A DNA stretch of 63,311 nt, taken from the NCBI GenBank assembly GCA_913051705.1, contig CAJXCW010000001.1, forward strand, positions 1-63,311, written 5' to 3'. Every line of letters begins with the position of its first letter. The first letter of the stretch is position 1. The translations under genes and the position numbers were made by a program. The stretch comes from an uncultured bacterium. GTDB taxonomy: Bacteria > JAAXHH01. Under the pieces are notes generated by a model, which saw only the letters and a list, made by a program, of their open reading frames with translations, did no database searches and had not been told where the DNA came from. Positions 1-8,692 of the stretch are shown piece after piece.

Positions 1-5
1 GTTCT

Positions 6-806
6 TCACTTCTTCTTTTTCTTCTCGCCGTCCAGTTGTTTCAATACTTTCGAGAGTTCGCTAATCGTTTGCTCCACATGGGTACGGAGCGTATCCCGCT
101 CTTTGGGTTTAAACACATGGACATCAAGACGCTCGATACGTTTGTGCAGGGCCTGGACGTTGCGGATGAACGTCCGCGGTGTGACGGTAGGTTCGCCTTT
201 TTTCTCTCGCTTTACGGCGCGCGCGCTCAGGCGTTCGTTCTTTATCCTATTCCAGAGGGCCATCTGTCGTTCTAAAGTCGGCTCGTTGACCACCTGGATA
301 AGCAAATCACGAGAGACATCCTGAATGATATTATAGTCGTCTTTTATGGCCGTCGGCAGTTTGAGCAGAGACAGCGTTTTGGAAATGATCGACTGATCTT
401 TACCCATCCGTTTGGCGATCTCCGTTTGCGTATGGCCAAAATCCACCAGACGCTGGTACCCTTCCGCTTCATCGATCGGATGCAGATCCCGCAGCTGTAG
501 ATTTTCGACCAGAGAAAGTTCATAGCTGCGTTCCCGGACAATGACGGGAATATCTGCCAAGCCGATCAGCGTGCAAGCCGTCCAGCGCCGCTCACCGGCG
601 ATAATCTGATAGTGTTCATCTACGGTAATCGGGTTGATCAGGCCATGCTTGCGGATGCTGTTGGCCAGATCTTCGATATCTTCCTGGCTGTATCGTTTAC
701 GCGGCTGGTCCGGATTGGGTGTAACCCGTTTGGTCGGCACCATCTGGCCGACGGCTTCACCGGGAACGATGTGATCTAAGAATGTGTTGGAGACGAATTT
801 CGGCAT
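6..806 (-). CDS. parB: ParB/Spo0J-type chromosome or plasmid partitioning protein
   Basis: 266-aa ORF with ParB N-terminal motifs LANSIRKHGLINPITV and GERRWTA, and an HTH-like segment QTEIAKRMGKDQSIISKTLSLLKL. Its start overlaps the parA stop by 31 nt. Confidence 0.9.
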   Translation of the reverse strand: MPKFVSNTFLDHIVPGEAVGQMVPTKRVTPNPDQPRKRYSQEDIEDLANSIRKHGLINPITVDEHYQIIAGERRWTACTLIGLADIPVIVRERSYELSLVENLQLRDLHPIDEAEGYQRLVDFGHTQTEIAKRMGKDQSIISKTLSLLKLPTAIKDDYNIIQDVSRDLLIQVVNEPTLERQMALWNRIKNERLSARAVKREKKGEPTVTPRTFIRNVQALHKRIERLDVHVFKPKERDTLRTHVEQTISELSKVLKQLDGEKKKKK

Positions 807-1609
807 CGCTCAATGATCTCCTGTGTGAGTTGGATAAACTCTTCACTCCCTCGTGATCGCGGCGCATGGTCGAAGATGTTTTTGCGATAAGCGGGACTCT
901 CTTCCAGGCGCACGGAGCGATGGATAACAGTCTTGAACATTATATCGCCGAAGAGATCTGAAACATCCCCTTTAATATCCCTGGCAAATGTCAGCCGATC
1001 ATCGATCATGGTAATCAAAACCCCCAGTAGAGAGAGTTTCGGGTTCGCCCGCTGGCGTATCGTCTGATACGTCTGCATGATATTTTCGATCCCCTTCAGG
1101 GCGAAATAACCGACCTGGACGGGGATAACCAGATGAGAGGACGCGATCAGAGCATTGGAAGTTAATACACCGATAGAGGGCGGGGTATCAATAATTACAC
1201 AGTCGTAGTCATTTTTCTCCAGGGCGATTTGCAGCATATGGTAGCCGTCTACCCGTTCCCGCAGCCTGTTCTCCAGCATGGCCATGTCGATAGAGGCCGG
1301 AGCGAGATACAGATTGTCCGATATGTTTTGAGTCACCTCCGCGAGCGGCACTTCTTCATACAACACATGGTAGAGCGTCTTCTCCGGCTGGTTTTGATCC
1401 AGAAACATTTCACTGGACGAACTTTGCGGGTCCATATCGACCAGCAGCGTCTTGTACCCCATACGGGCAAAACAGTTGGAGACGTTGATTGCGGCTGTCG
1501 TTTTACCAACCCCGCCTTTTAAATGGGAAAAGGCTACTGTTATTGGCTTGAGCGGCCTTTTGCGAGGCATGCGGGGCGTATTCTGTTTCCTCTTGGCCTT
1601 TTTCGCCAC
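776..1609 (-). CDS. parA: ParA/Soj-type partition ATPase
   Basis: Deviant Walker A SHLKGGVGKTTAAINV, LLVDMDPQ, Walker B-like CVIIDTPP. Short basic N-terminal tail MAKKAKRKQNTPRMPRKRP. Directly upstream of parB. Confidence 0.9.
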   Translation of the reverse strand: MAKKAKRKQNTPRMPRKRPLKPITVAFSHLKGGVGKTTAAINVSNCFARMGYKTLLVDMDPQSSSSEMFLDQNQPEKTLYHVLYEEVPLAEVTQNISDNLYLAPASIDMAMLENRLRERVDGYHMLQIALEKNDYDCVIIDTPPSIGVLTSNALIASSHLVIPVQVGYFALKGIENIMQTYQTIRQRANPKLSLLGVLITMIDDRLTFARDIKGDVSDLFGDIMFKTVIHRSVRLEESPAYRKNIFDHAPRSRGSEEFIQLTQEIIERCRNSSPTHS

Positions 1610-1815
1610 TTTCTCCTCCTTCGTTATCTGCCGTCAGGACATCCATCAGAATCTATCGTCACATGACTACGATTCTTTCTATGGATATCGACCTCAACTG
1701 CTATGTTCCGGTGGGAATAATACGCCCACAAGTTTATATGACCGGTTCTTGTAAGTCAATATTATTTGTAGTATACTGATGTTACGTAAATGCGAACATA
1801 ACATCAGGGAATTTT

Positions 1816-1914
1816 GTGCTTTGTACTTTGTACTTTGTAAAAAGATATGCCGAATGATAACCATGGCTCTATGATGTGAATCTATCAAAGTACAAAGTAC
1901 AAAGCACAAAGCAC
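1816..1914. repeat. Perfect 22-bp inverted repeat built from ACAAAGY heptamers, 48-nt spacer
   Basis: 1816-1837 GTGCTTTGTACTTTGTACTTTG is the exact reverse complement of 1886-1907 CAAAGTACAAAGTACAAAGCAC. The right arm carries one extra unit, to 1914. Lies in the divergent parA/adh gap. Confidence 0.9.
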
Positions 1915-2024
1915 TATTTGGAATTGACAATCCCTGAAACCGTGGTACATTCCATGAAATAAGGGCGGAGTTCTGAACCCTTCATCCTGAGTATAACTCG
2001 GCATCCATTCTGAAAGGACCCTCT

Positions 2025-3014
2025 ATGAAGGCTGGGCAGATTATTGCGCCCGAGCTGATCGAGATCGTGGAAGCGGAACGGCCTGACCTGGCGTTGGAAA
2101 AATCCGATCCGAGTGCTCTGAAGGACAAAGTGCTGGTACGTACCGTCAACGCTGCGGTATGCGGCAGTGATCATCTGTTGTTCATGGGAAACGGTACATA
2201 TCCGGCGCCGGTTGGGATGTCATTGCATGAGAGCATCGGTATTATTGAAAGATCGTGGACCGACGGATGTAAGGAAGGCGACCTGGTGCTGGCTTTACCG
2301 ACTTCATCGAACGCCATGGCCGAGTATTTCATGGGATTAGGCTCCTCTGTTGTGCCGTTACCGGACGGCGTGCCTCAGGAACAACTATTGATGGCCCAGC
2401 CCCTCGGCACCGTCATCTACTGTTTAAAGCGGCTTGGCCACTGGTTCAACGCCGAGGTCGCCATAGTCGGTCAGGGGCCGATGGGACTGTTGTTCACCAC
2501 CATGATGCGTAATATGGGCGCCTCATTGATTATCGGCATTGACCAGCACGATAATCGACTGGAAGCGGCAAAGCAGATGGGTGCGACGCACACGGTAAAC
2601 ATCTCCGATACAGACCCGATAGAGGCGGTCACCGAGATTACCGGGGGCCGGCTGGCGGACCTGGTCATAGAAGTGGTCGGTGAAGAAGATTCGTTCAATC
2701 TTTGTATACAGTTAGCACGCCGAAAAGGGCATTTCATCAATTTCGGCGTCCCTCGCAAAACGCAGTATACGGCGGATATATTTGAACTGTTTCGGAGAAA
2801 TCTACAACTGACGACGTCCGTAGGCCCTGATATTCACATCGATTTCAAAAGCGCCATGCAGATGATTGGTGAGAAACGAGTTGACCTGGCGCCTATGATC
2901 TCTCACAAACTGCCTTTCGCCAGATCTCAAGAAGCTTTCGAATTGGCTACAAAGCGAAAGGGAGAATGTATCAAGATCGTGGTGGATTTTGAGGAAAAAA
3001 GAATCGTGCGGTAA
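2025..3014 (+). CDS. Zn-dependent medium-chain dehydrogenase (threonine/sorbitol dehydrogenase-like)
   Basis: 329 aa. Catalytic Zn motif AVCGSDHLLF, LHESIG, Rossmann motif VGQGPMGL. No structural-Zn Cys cluster is visible. Confidence 0.8.
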   Translation: MKAGQIIAPELIEIVEAERPDLALEKSDPSALKDKVLVRTVNAAVCGSDHLLFMGNGTYPAPVGMSLHESIGIIERSWTDGCKEGDLVLALPTSSNAMAEYFMGLGSSVVPLPDGVPQEQLLMAQPLGTVIYCLKRLGHWFNAEVAIVGQGPMGLLFTTMMRNMGASLIIGIDQHDNRLEAAKQMGATHTVNISDTDPIEAVTEITGGRLADLVIEVVGEEDSFNLCIQLARRKGHFINFGVPRKTQYTADIFELFRRNLQLTTSVGPDIHIDFKSAMQMIGEKRVDLAPMISHKLPFARSQEAFELATKRKGECIKIVVDFEEKRIVR

Positions 3015-3039
3015 TCAATCAATCGCAGGAGTGGAAAAT

Positions 3040-4899
3040 ATGTTGAATAGACCAAAAATATATGGGTGGGTAGGTTTGATATTCGTATTGCCGCTGCTGG
3101 CGTGCGGCGATGATAGCGGGTCGATGGACGATCCCTGGCCGGAAGTACAGAAGGTCCTGGCGGAGACCAAAGATATTGTCGTGCTTGATGGGATTAAAAA
3201 AGGCACCGTTAAGTACACTGGCATGGAGGAAGCAGATTATGGCGACTGGCTCGTTCAGCATACGCTCTCCGATCCGGAAAATTTCAACCCGTATACATCC
3301 AGTGATGTCGGAGCGACGGCAATACACAATTTTGTTTTTGAATCGTTACTGTATTCTGAGAACGACCCGCCCTATACCCAGAAAGGCTACATAGCCATAG
3401 GCTACCCCACCATTTCGGACGACAAATTGACCTACACTTTCACGTTGCGTGAAAATGTCAAGTTCGCCGACGGGCAGCCACTTACAGCGGCCGATGTCCT
3501 GTTTTCCATGAAGGTCATCCAGTGCTCGGCGGTCATGGCGCCACACCTTCGTAATTACTATTCCGCCGTGGCCGATGTGAAACAGAATGGGGACTATGAG
3601 GTCAGCTTTGCCTGTAAAGAACCGTATTTTCTGAATGATCTGTTTTTAGGCGGTTTTCAGATCCTTCCGAATCATTTTTACGACCCGGACGGCCTAATTG
3701 ATCCGGTACCGATCAGCAGTCTGATTGACGGCTCCTGGGAAAAAGGTCGTCATGCCGACCGGGTGATCCGATTCGGGGAGCAATTCAATCAGAATTTCAA
3801 TCGTAATATGATGGGCTCCGGGCCGTATATGGTCAATGATTGGGACAACGATGTCGTCACGGGACAAAAGGTGGTGGTCACCCGTAATGAGCGTTACTGG
3901 GGAAAAGATGTGGCAGGTTTGCCGTCCACCGGCTATGTGGATAAAATCGTATTCAAAATCATCAACAATCAGGATGCGGCTTTTATCGAACTGACCAACG
4001 GGAATCTTGATGTACACAGTATGAAACCTCTGGAGTTCAAGGAGAAAAGCTGGTCCCCTGATTTTATGAATCGTTTCATGAAAGGGATTCAGTATGCCGG
4101 AGGGTATACTTACATTGGGTGGAATAATGCCCATCCGATCTTCAAAGACAAACGCGTCCGACGGGCGATGACGCATTTTACCGATAGAGAAGGACTGGTG
4201 CAGAATCTGCTTTTCGGACTGGCGGAAACCGTCGAAGGGCCGATACACAAGTTTCGTCCGGAATACAACCATGATCTGGCCGCGTATGACTTTAATACGG
4301 AAAAAGGGTTGGCCCTACTCGAAGAAGCCGGGTGGGCAGATACGGATAATGACGGCCTTCTGGACAAAGACATAGATGGTGTGAAAACCCCGTTCCGCTT
4401 TGAGTTCCTGGTTAATTCCGGTAACCAGCTTCGTAAGGACATTGCCTTGACACTCCAAAGCGCCCTCGAAGATGTCGGCATTGACTGTCAGGTAAGAGAA
4501 CTGGACTGGTCTATTTTTCTGGGACGGGTGAAAGACAAAGATTTTGCAGCAGTGACGCTGGGTTGGAGCGGTGGTACCGGCGTCGCTTTTCCACCCGATT
4601 CGTATCAGATCTGGCATTCATCCCAGGCCGAGGACAACGGGTCAAATTTTGTCAGTTTCAAAAATGAAGAAGTGGATAATATCCTGACCGTCTATCGCCA
4701 GGAATTCGATCAGGACAAGCGCATCGAGATGTACCGACGTTTCCAGGAAATCCTTCACGAAGAACAACCGTATACCTTTCTCTGGAAACAACGGGTGGCG
4801 ACGGCTTACAGTCGTCGATATCAAGGGGTGAATTGGTATCCTGGTGGTCCGGTGACGCAGGATTGGTGGGTAGAACCTACGGATCAGGTGTATCAGTGA
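3040..4899 (+). CDS. ABC transporter substrate-binding lipoprotein, family 5 (Opp/Dpp/Nik-like)
   Basis: Start moved to the ATG at 3040 (AGGAG upstream). Lipoprotein signal MLNRPKIYGWVGLIFVLPLLAC. About 620 aa, typical of SBP family 5. First gene of the ABC operon. Confidence 0.85.
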   Translation: MLNRPKIYGWVGLIFVLPLLACGDDSGSMDDPWPEVQKVLAETKDIVVLDGIKKGTVKYTGMEEADYGDWLVQHTLSDPENFNPYTSSDVGATAIHNFVFESLLYSENDPPYTQKGYIAIGYPTISDDKLTYTFTLRENVKFADGQPLTAADVLFSMKVIQCSAVMAPHLRNYYSAVADVKQNGDYEVSFACKEPYFLNDLFLGGFQILPNHFYDPDGLIDPVPISSLIDGSWEKGRHADRVIRFGEQFNQNFNRNMMGSGPYMVNDWDNDVVTGQKVVVTRNERYWGKDVAGLPSTGYVDKIVFKIINNQDAAFIELTNGNLDVHSMKPLEFKEKSWSPDFMNRFMKGIQYAGGYTYIGWNNAHPIFKDKRVRRAMTHFTDREGLVQNLLFGLAETVEGPIHKFRPEYNHDLAAYDFNTEKGLALLEEAGWADTDNDGLLDKDIDGVKTPFRFEFLVNSGNQLRKDIALTLQSALEDVGIDCQVRELDWSIFLGRVKDKDFAAVTLGWSGGTGVAFPPDSYQIWHSSQAEDNGSNFVSFKNEEVDNILTVYRQEFDQDKRIEMYRRFQEILHEEQPYTFLWKQRVATAYSRRYQGVNWYPGGPVTQDWWVEPTDQVYQ

Positions 4900-4906
4900 G
4901 AATATC

Positions 4907-5003
4907 GGCAGGTGGGCAGGTAGGCAAGTGGGCAAAAGACCAAGACAAGGGTGACCATGTTACCTGCCCACCTGCCTACCTGCCTACTTGCCTACCTGCC
5001 TAC
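4907..5003. repeat. Imperfect inverted microsatellite pair (GGCAGGTR / CCTGCCYA octamers)
   Basis: 4907-4933 GGCAGGTGGGCAGGTAGGCAAGTGGGC against 4963-5003 (CCTGCCCA CCTGCCTA CCTGCCTA CTTGCCTA CCTGCCTA C). Several pairing registers of 11-15 bp. Fills the gap between the SBP stop and the permease start. Confidence 0.8.
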
Positions 5004-5011
5004 TTTTGCCT

Positions 5012-6313
5012 ATGCTAAACTACATCCTCCATCGTATCTTCCTCATGATTCCGACCCTCTTCGGAATTACGGTAATCTCTTTTTTAATTATGCATCTGGC
5101 ACCTGGCGACCCCGTCGATTTATTCCTGGGCGGCGCCGCTGGTGGAGAAGGCCTGTCTGCCGATCGGCAGAAGGACATTGAAAAAACACGTCAGGCCCTG
5201 CGTAAACAACTGGGGTTGGATCAACCACTTCATATTCAATATACAAGCTGGGTCACCGGGCTTATTCTGAAGACCGTCCCCCTGGACGATCTTGATCAGA
5301 TGGCGTTGTTGGCAGACGACCTGTTGCGTCAATTGACCGACGCGGAACGGGCCGCGCTCGTACGGTTGAGTCGGCTTGACCAAAAAGAGCAATTTCTGAC
5401 CAGAGTTCAACAATTTGCACCTGATGAAGCGCGTGAATTGGCCCGATCTTCCTTCTGGGAGGGACGAACCTTTAATGCCGAAGGCAACTATGTATACCGG
5501 GGGGCCGGGATTGAACTGTTTCTTCTGGGTGACTACCGATTTATCACGCTGGACTTCGGGCGATCCTTCAAAGACAATCAGCCAGTTATAGACCGTATAC
5601 TGAAACGGTTGCCTATCACGCTGGAAATCAATGTCATTGCCATTATCATCGCCTATATCATCGGATTACCGCTTGGTATATTACAGGCGATAAAGCAGAA
5701 TACACCCGTCGATCGAACGCTGACCACAGGCACGTTCGTGCTCTGGTCCATGCCGACCTTCTGGGTCGGTATGCTGCTCATCATATTCTTTTGCAATCGG
5801 GAGTTTTTCTACTGGTTCCCGGCTTCAGGCATTCAGTCATTGGAGGCATCGAACGATTGGAGCCTCTGGCGCAAACTCTCCGATCATACCTACCATATGT
5901 TCTTGCCTGTGCTGACGTCCACCTACATCAGTTTTGCAACCATTTCCCGTTTTATGCGGACGAGTATGCTGGAGAACCTGCGACAGGATTATGTTCGGAC
6001 CGCCCGGGCTAAAGGGTTGCCGGAAAAAGTGGTGGTCTTGCGGCATGTCTATCGCAATTCCCTGATCCCTATTATAACCACATCGGCCGGATTGCTACCT
6101 ACCCTGATTGCGGGCTCTTTGTTTATCGAAACGATTTTTACTATTCCCGGCATGGGGCTTTTAGGTTTTGAATCCGTTTTAAACCGTGATTACCCCATGG
6201 TGCTGGCAATATTTACCATCAGTTCCATCTTGTCGTTGCTGGGGATTCTGGTTTCGGATATTTTGCTCAAAGTGGTTGATCCCCGGATTTCGTTCGATCA
6301 GTTACAAGGGTGA
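5012..6313 (+). CDS. ABC transporter permease (OppB/DppB-like) with enlarged periplasmic loop
   Basis: Start at MLNYILHRIFLMIPTLFGITVISFLIMHLAPGDP, the canonical OppB N-terminus. Binding-protein-dependent transport signature around YVRTARAKGLPEKVV. About 433 aa. Confidence 0.85.
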   Translation: MLNYILHRIFLMIPTLFGITVISFLIMHLAPGDPVDLFLGGAAGGEGLSADRQKDIEKTRQALRKQLGLDQPLHIQYTSWVTGLILKTVPLDDLDQMALLADDLLRQLTDAERAALVRLSRLDQKEQFLTRVQQFAPDEARELARSSFWEGRTFNAEGNYVYRGAGIELFLLGDYRFITLDFGRSFKDNQPVIDRILKRLPITLEINVIAIIIAYIIGLPLGILQAIKQNTPVDRTLTTGTFVLWSMPTFWVGMLLIIFFCNREFFYWFPASGIQSLEASNDWSLWRKLSDHTYHMFLPVLTSTYISFATISRFMRTSMLENLRQDYVRTARAKGLPEKVVVLRHVYRNSLIPIITTSAGLLPTLIAGSLFIETIFTIPGMGLLGFESVLNRDYPMVLAIFTISSILSLLGILVSDILLKVVDPRISFDQLQG

Positions 6314-6344
6314 TGGGGATCAGCAATTGTGAATTGGTCTTATA

Positions 6345-7424
6345 ATGACGGTTACGGTGATACAGAACATGGGTGAAGAGACAGAGAGGTCCCAGGGGTT
6401 TGATGAACTGGAAAGTTCTTCCGGGGAGAGCTTCTGGCAGCTGACCTGGAAAGAATTCAGGAAAAACAGGCCAGCGTTATATAGTCTGTATATGCTTGGT
6501 CTTATGGCGATGATGGCGATTGGAGCGGATCTGATTGCCGGGAATAAACCGTACTATATGGTATATAATGGAGAAACCTATTTCCCGGTTCTTCGTCAGT
6601 ATGCGGTCTATGTGGGGATAGCGGACTGGCCACCAGAACTTCGGACGCGGAAAAATTTCAAGCGGTACAATCCGGAGGAAGTGATCTATCCACCTATTCC
6701 TTATGCACCGAATGAAATTCAGCTGAGCGAAAAATACGAGCGTCCAGGGGGAGGCCATCTCCTCGGCACCGACAGATTGGGACGAGACGTACTCGCTGGT
6801 CTGATCCACGGGACTCGATATTCATTAACCATCGGTCTGGTGTCGGTCGGTATCTCTATGATTATCGGGTTAGTTCTGGGGGCAGTTGCCGGTTTTTTAG
6901 GGGGTTGGGTAGATCTGTTTTTATCTCGTATTTTTGAACTCTGGGCTGCCATCCCCCCGTTTTTTCTGATCATTACCGCTGCTGCCTTTTTCCCGCCAAG
7001 CCTGTTCTGGATAATGATCATCATCGGATTTACCGGGTGGGTCGGAATTGCCCGGTTGACCCGGTCGCAGTTTTTACAGGTCCGAAGTTTTGATTATGTG
7101 TCGGCCGCTAAAGCACTTGGCTGCTCGAACCTGCGTGTTATGGCGGTGCACATTCTGCCCAATGCCATTGCTCCGATTCTGATTCCGGCGGCATTTGGTG
7201 TGGCTGGCGCCATCCTGGCGGAATCGGGCTTGAGCTTTCTGGGCATCGGCGTGCCTGCGGAGGTGATTACCTGGGGATCTCTGTTAGCTGGTGCCAGAAG
7301 TAATATCGCGGCCTGGTGGCTTGTTGTTGTGCCAGGCTTTGCTATTTTTGCCACCGTAACCCTGTATAATCTGCTGGGAGATGGATTGAGAGATGCACTT
7401 GATCCGCGTCAGCGAGGCCAGTAA
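6345..7424 (+). CDS. ABC transporter permease (OppC/DppC-like)
   Basis: 359 aa. HLLGTDRLGRDVLAGLIHG N-terminal motif and YVSAAKALGCSNLRVM EAA-loop region. The start may be 6345 or 6369. Confidence 0.85.
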   Translation: MTVTVIQNMGEETERSQGFDELESSSGESFWQLTWKEFRKNRPALYSLYMLGLMAMMAIGADLIAGNKPYYMVYNGETYFPVLRQYAVYVGIADWPPELRTRKNFKRYNPEEVIYPPIPYAPNEIQLSEKYERPGGGHLLGTDRLGRDVLAGLIHGTRYSLTIGLVSVGISMIIGLVLGAVAGFLGGWVDLFLSRIFELWAAIPPFFLIITAAAFFPPSLFWIMIIIGFTGWVGIARLTRSQFLQVRSFDYVSAAKALGCSNLRVMAVHILPNAIAPILIPAAFGVAGAILAESGLSFLGIGVPAEVITWGSLLAGARSNIAAWWLVVVPGFAIFATVTLYNLLGDGLRDALDPRQRGQ

Positions 7425-7532
7425 AATGGTAATTTGATGGTTGGAGTGATAAATTTTAATGGAATAGGCAACAAATCAGATCGATTATCCGACATTTCAA
7501 TTGCGTAATCATCCGATGGTCTTTAATCTTGT

Positions 7533-7590
7533 CAATCAACAAATCACCAAATCACCAAATCACCAAATCACCAAATCAACAAATCCAAAC
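7533..7590. repeat. Tandem octamer array (CACCAAAT x4, flanked by CAACAAAT variants)
   Basis: CAATCAACAAATCACCAAATCACCAAATCACCAAATCACCAAATCAACAAATCCAAAC, ending 3 nt before the oppD-like ATG. It is translated only in the spurious ORF extension beginning at 7501. Confidence 0.9.
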
Positions 7591-7593
7591 AAC

Positions 7594-8565
7594 ATGCTGC
7601 TTCAGGTAAATAATCTAAAAACATATTTTGATACGGATGAAGGGGTCGTCAGGGCTGTGGATGGAGTCAGCTTTGAGATCGACGAGGGTAAAACGCTGGG
7701 CATTGTCGGGGAATCGGGGTGCGGAAAAAGTATGACGGCCTATTCGATCCTTCGGTTGATCCCCCAACCACCGGGACGCATCGCCGGTGGGGAGATCCTG
7801 TTCGATGGCACCAATCTGCTCACCCTGCCGGATGAGCAGATTCGGGCAATTCGGGGTAATGATATTGCCATGATTTTTCAGGAGCCGATGACCTCTTTGA
7901 ATCCGGTGTTTACCATAGGAGATCAGATCGCTGAGGTCATCCAACTACATCGCAAGGCAGACCGACAGACGGCCTGGAAGCGGAGTATCGAGCTGTTGGA
8001 GATGGTGGGCATTCCGTCGCCTGAAGAACGGGTGAAGAGCTATCCTCATGAACTCAGTGGTGGGATGAGGCAACGAGCAATGATCGCCATGGCCATTTCC
8101 TGCGACCCCCGGCTTTTAATAGCTGACGAGCCTTCTACGGCGCTGGATGTCACGATTCAAGCCCAGATTCTCGATGTACTCCGACGGTTGCAGAATGAAC
8201 TCGGGATGGCACTTATCCTGATTACCCACGATCTGGGGGTGGTCGCTGAGATGGCACACGACGTCCTGGTCATGTATGCCGGCGAGGCGGTCGAACAGGC
8301 GGATGTAACCTCTCTGTTCGCCCGACCGCACCATCCCTATACCCGGGGTCTTCTGAATTCGGTGCCGACCCTGAACATGGAAGAAGAACAGCTGCCGACC
8401 ATCGAAGGCACGGTCCCGGACCCGACATATTATCCGCAGGGATGCCGTTTCGCCCCGCGGTGTGACTTTGTCGTAGACGCATGCGGTCAAGCGCAATCGT
8501 TACAGGCCGACGCCGGTCATCTGGTACGATGCAGTGAGTGGAAGCGGATTATAGATATTGAGTGA
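7594..8565 (+). CDS. Oligopeptide/dipeptide ABC transporter ATP-binding protein (OppD-like)
   Basis: Start at [12 protein letters not shown]. Walker A GESGCGKS, signature LSGGMRQR, Walker [14 protein letters not shown]-terminal oligopeptide-type extension HPYTRGLL...CRFAPRC. Confidence 0.9.
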   Translation: MLLQVNNLKTYFDTDEGVVRAVDGVSFEIDEGKTLGIVGESGCGKSMTAYSILRLIPQPPGRIAGGEILFDGTNLLTLPDEQIRAIRGNDIAMIFQEPMTSLNPVFTIGDQIAEVIQLHRKADRQTAWKRSIELLEMVGIPSPEERVKSYPHELSGGMRQRAMIAMAISCDPRLLIADEPSTALDVTIQAQILDVLRRLQNELGMALILITHDLGVVAEMAHDVLVMYAGEAVEQADVTSLFARPHHPYTRGLLNSVPTLNMEEEQLPTIEGTVPDPTYYPQGCRFAPRCDFVVDACGQAQSLQADAGHLVRCSEWKRIIDIE

Positions 8566-8687
8566 TTTGGTGATTTGGTGATTGAAAGGCAACAGCAAAT
8601 CAACAAAAAGCAAAGCGAGCGAAGCGCGTTCTAATACTGCCTCGAAGAGGCGTTCATTAAATCAACAAATCAACAAATCAACAAATT
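8563..8687. repeat. Imperfect inverted microsatellite pair (ATTTGGTG / CAACAAAT octamers)
   Basis: 8563-8584 TGATTTGGTGATTTGGTGATTG overlaps the oppD-like stop. 8659-8687 is (AAATCAAC)x3. There is one mismatch per unit between the arms. The left arm is the exact reverse complement of part of the 7533-7590 array. Confidence 0.7.
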
Positions 8688-8692
8688 CCCCC

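Noticed and set aside
7501-7593. N-terminal ORF extensions running through the microsatellite arrays (7501, 8582, 13687, 15706, 40402, 4988, 2989)
   Set aside because: The extensions translate simple repeats (for example [15 protein letters not shown] and ITNHHSVNHHS). The conserved family N-termini begin at internal ATGs with better context.
7533-8687. CRISPR array hypothesis for the short repeats
   Set aside because: The units are 7-8 nt and directly tandem, with no 25-40-nt repeats, no unique spacers and no cas genes. The unit sequence also differs from locus to locus.
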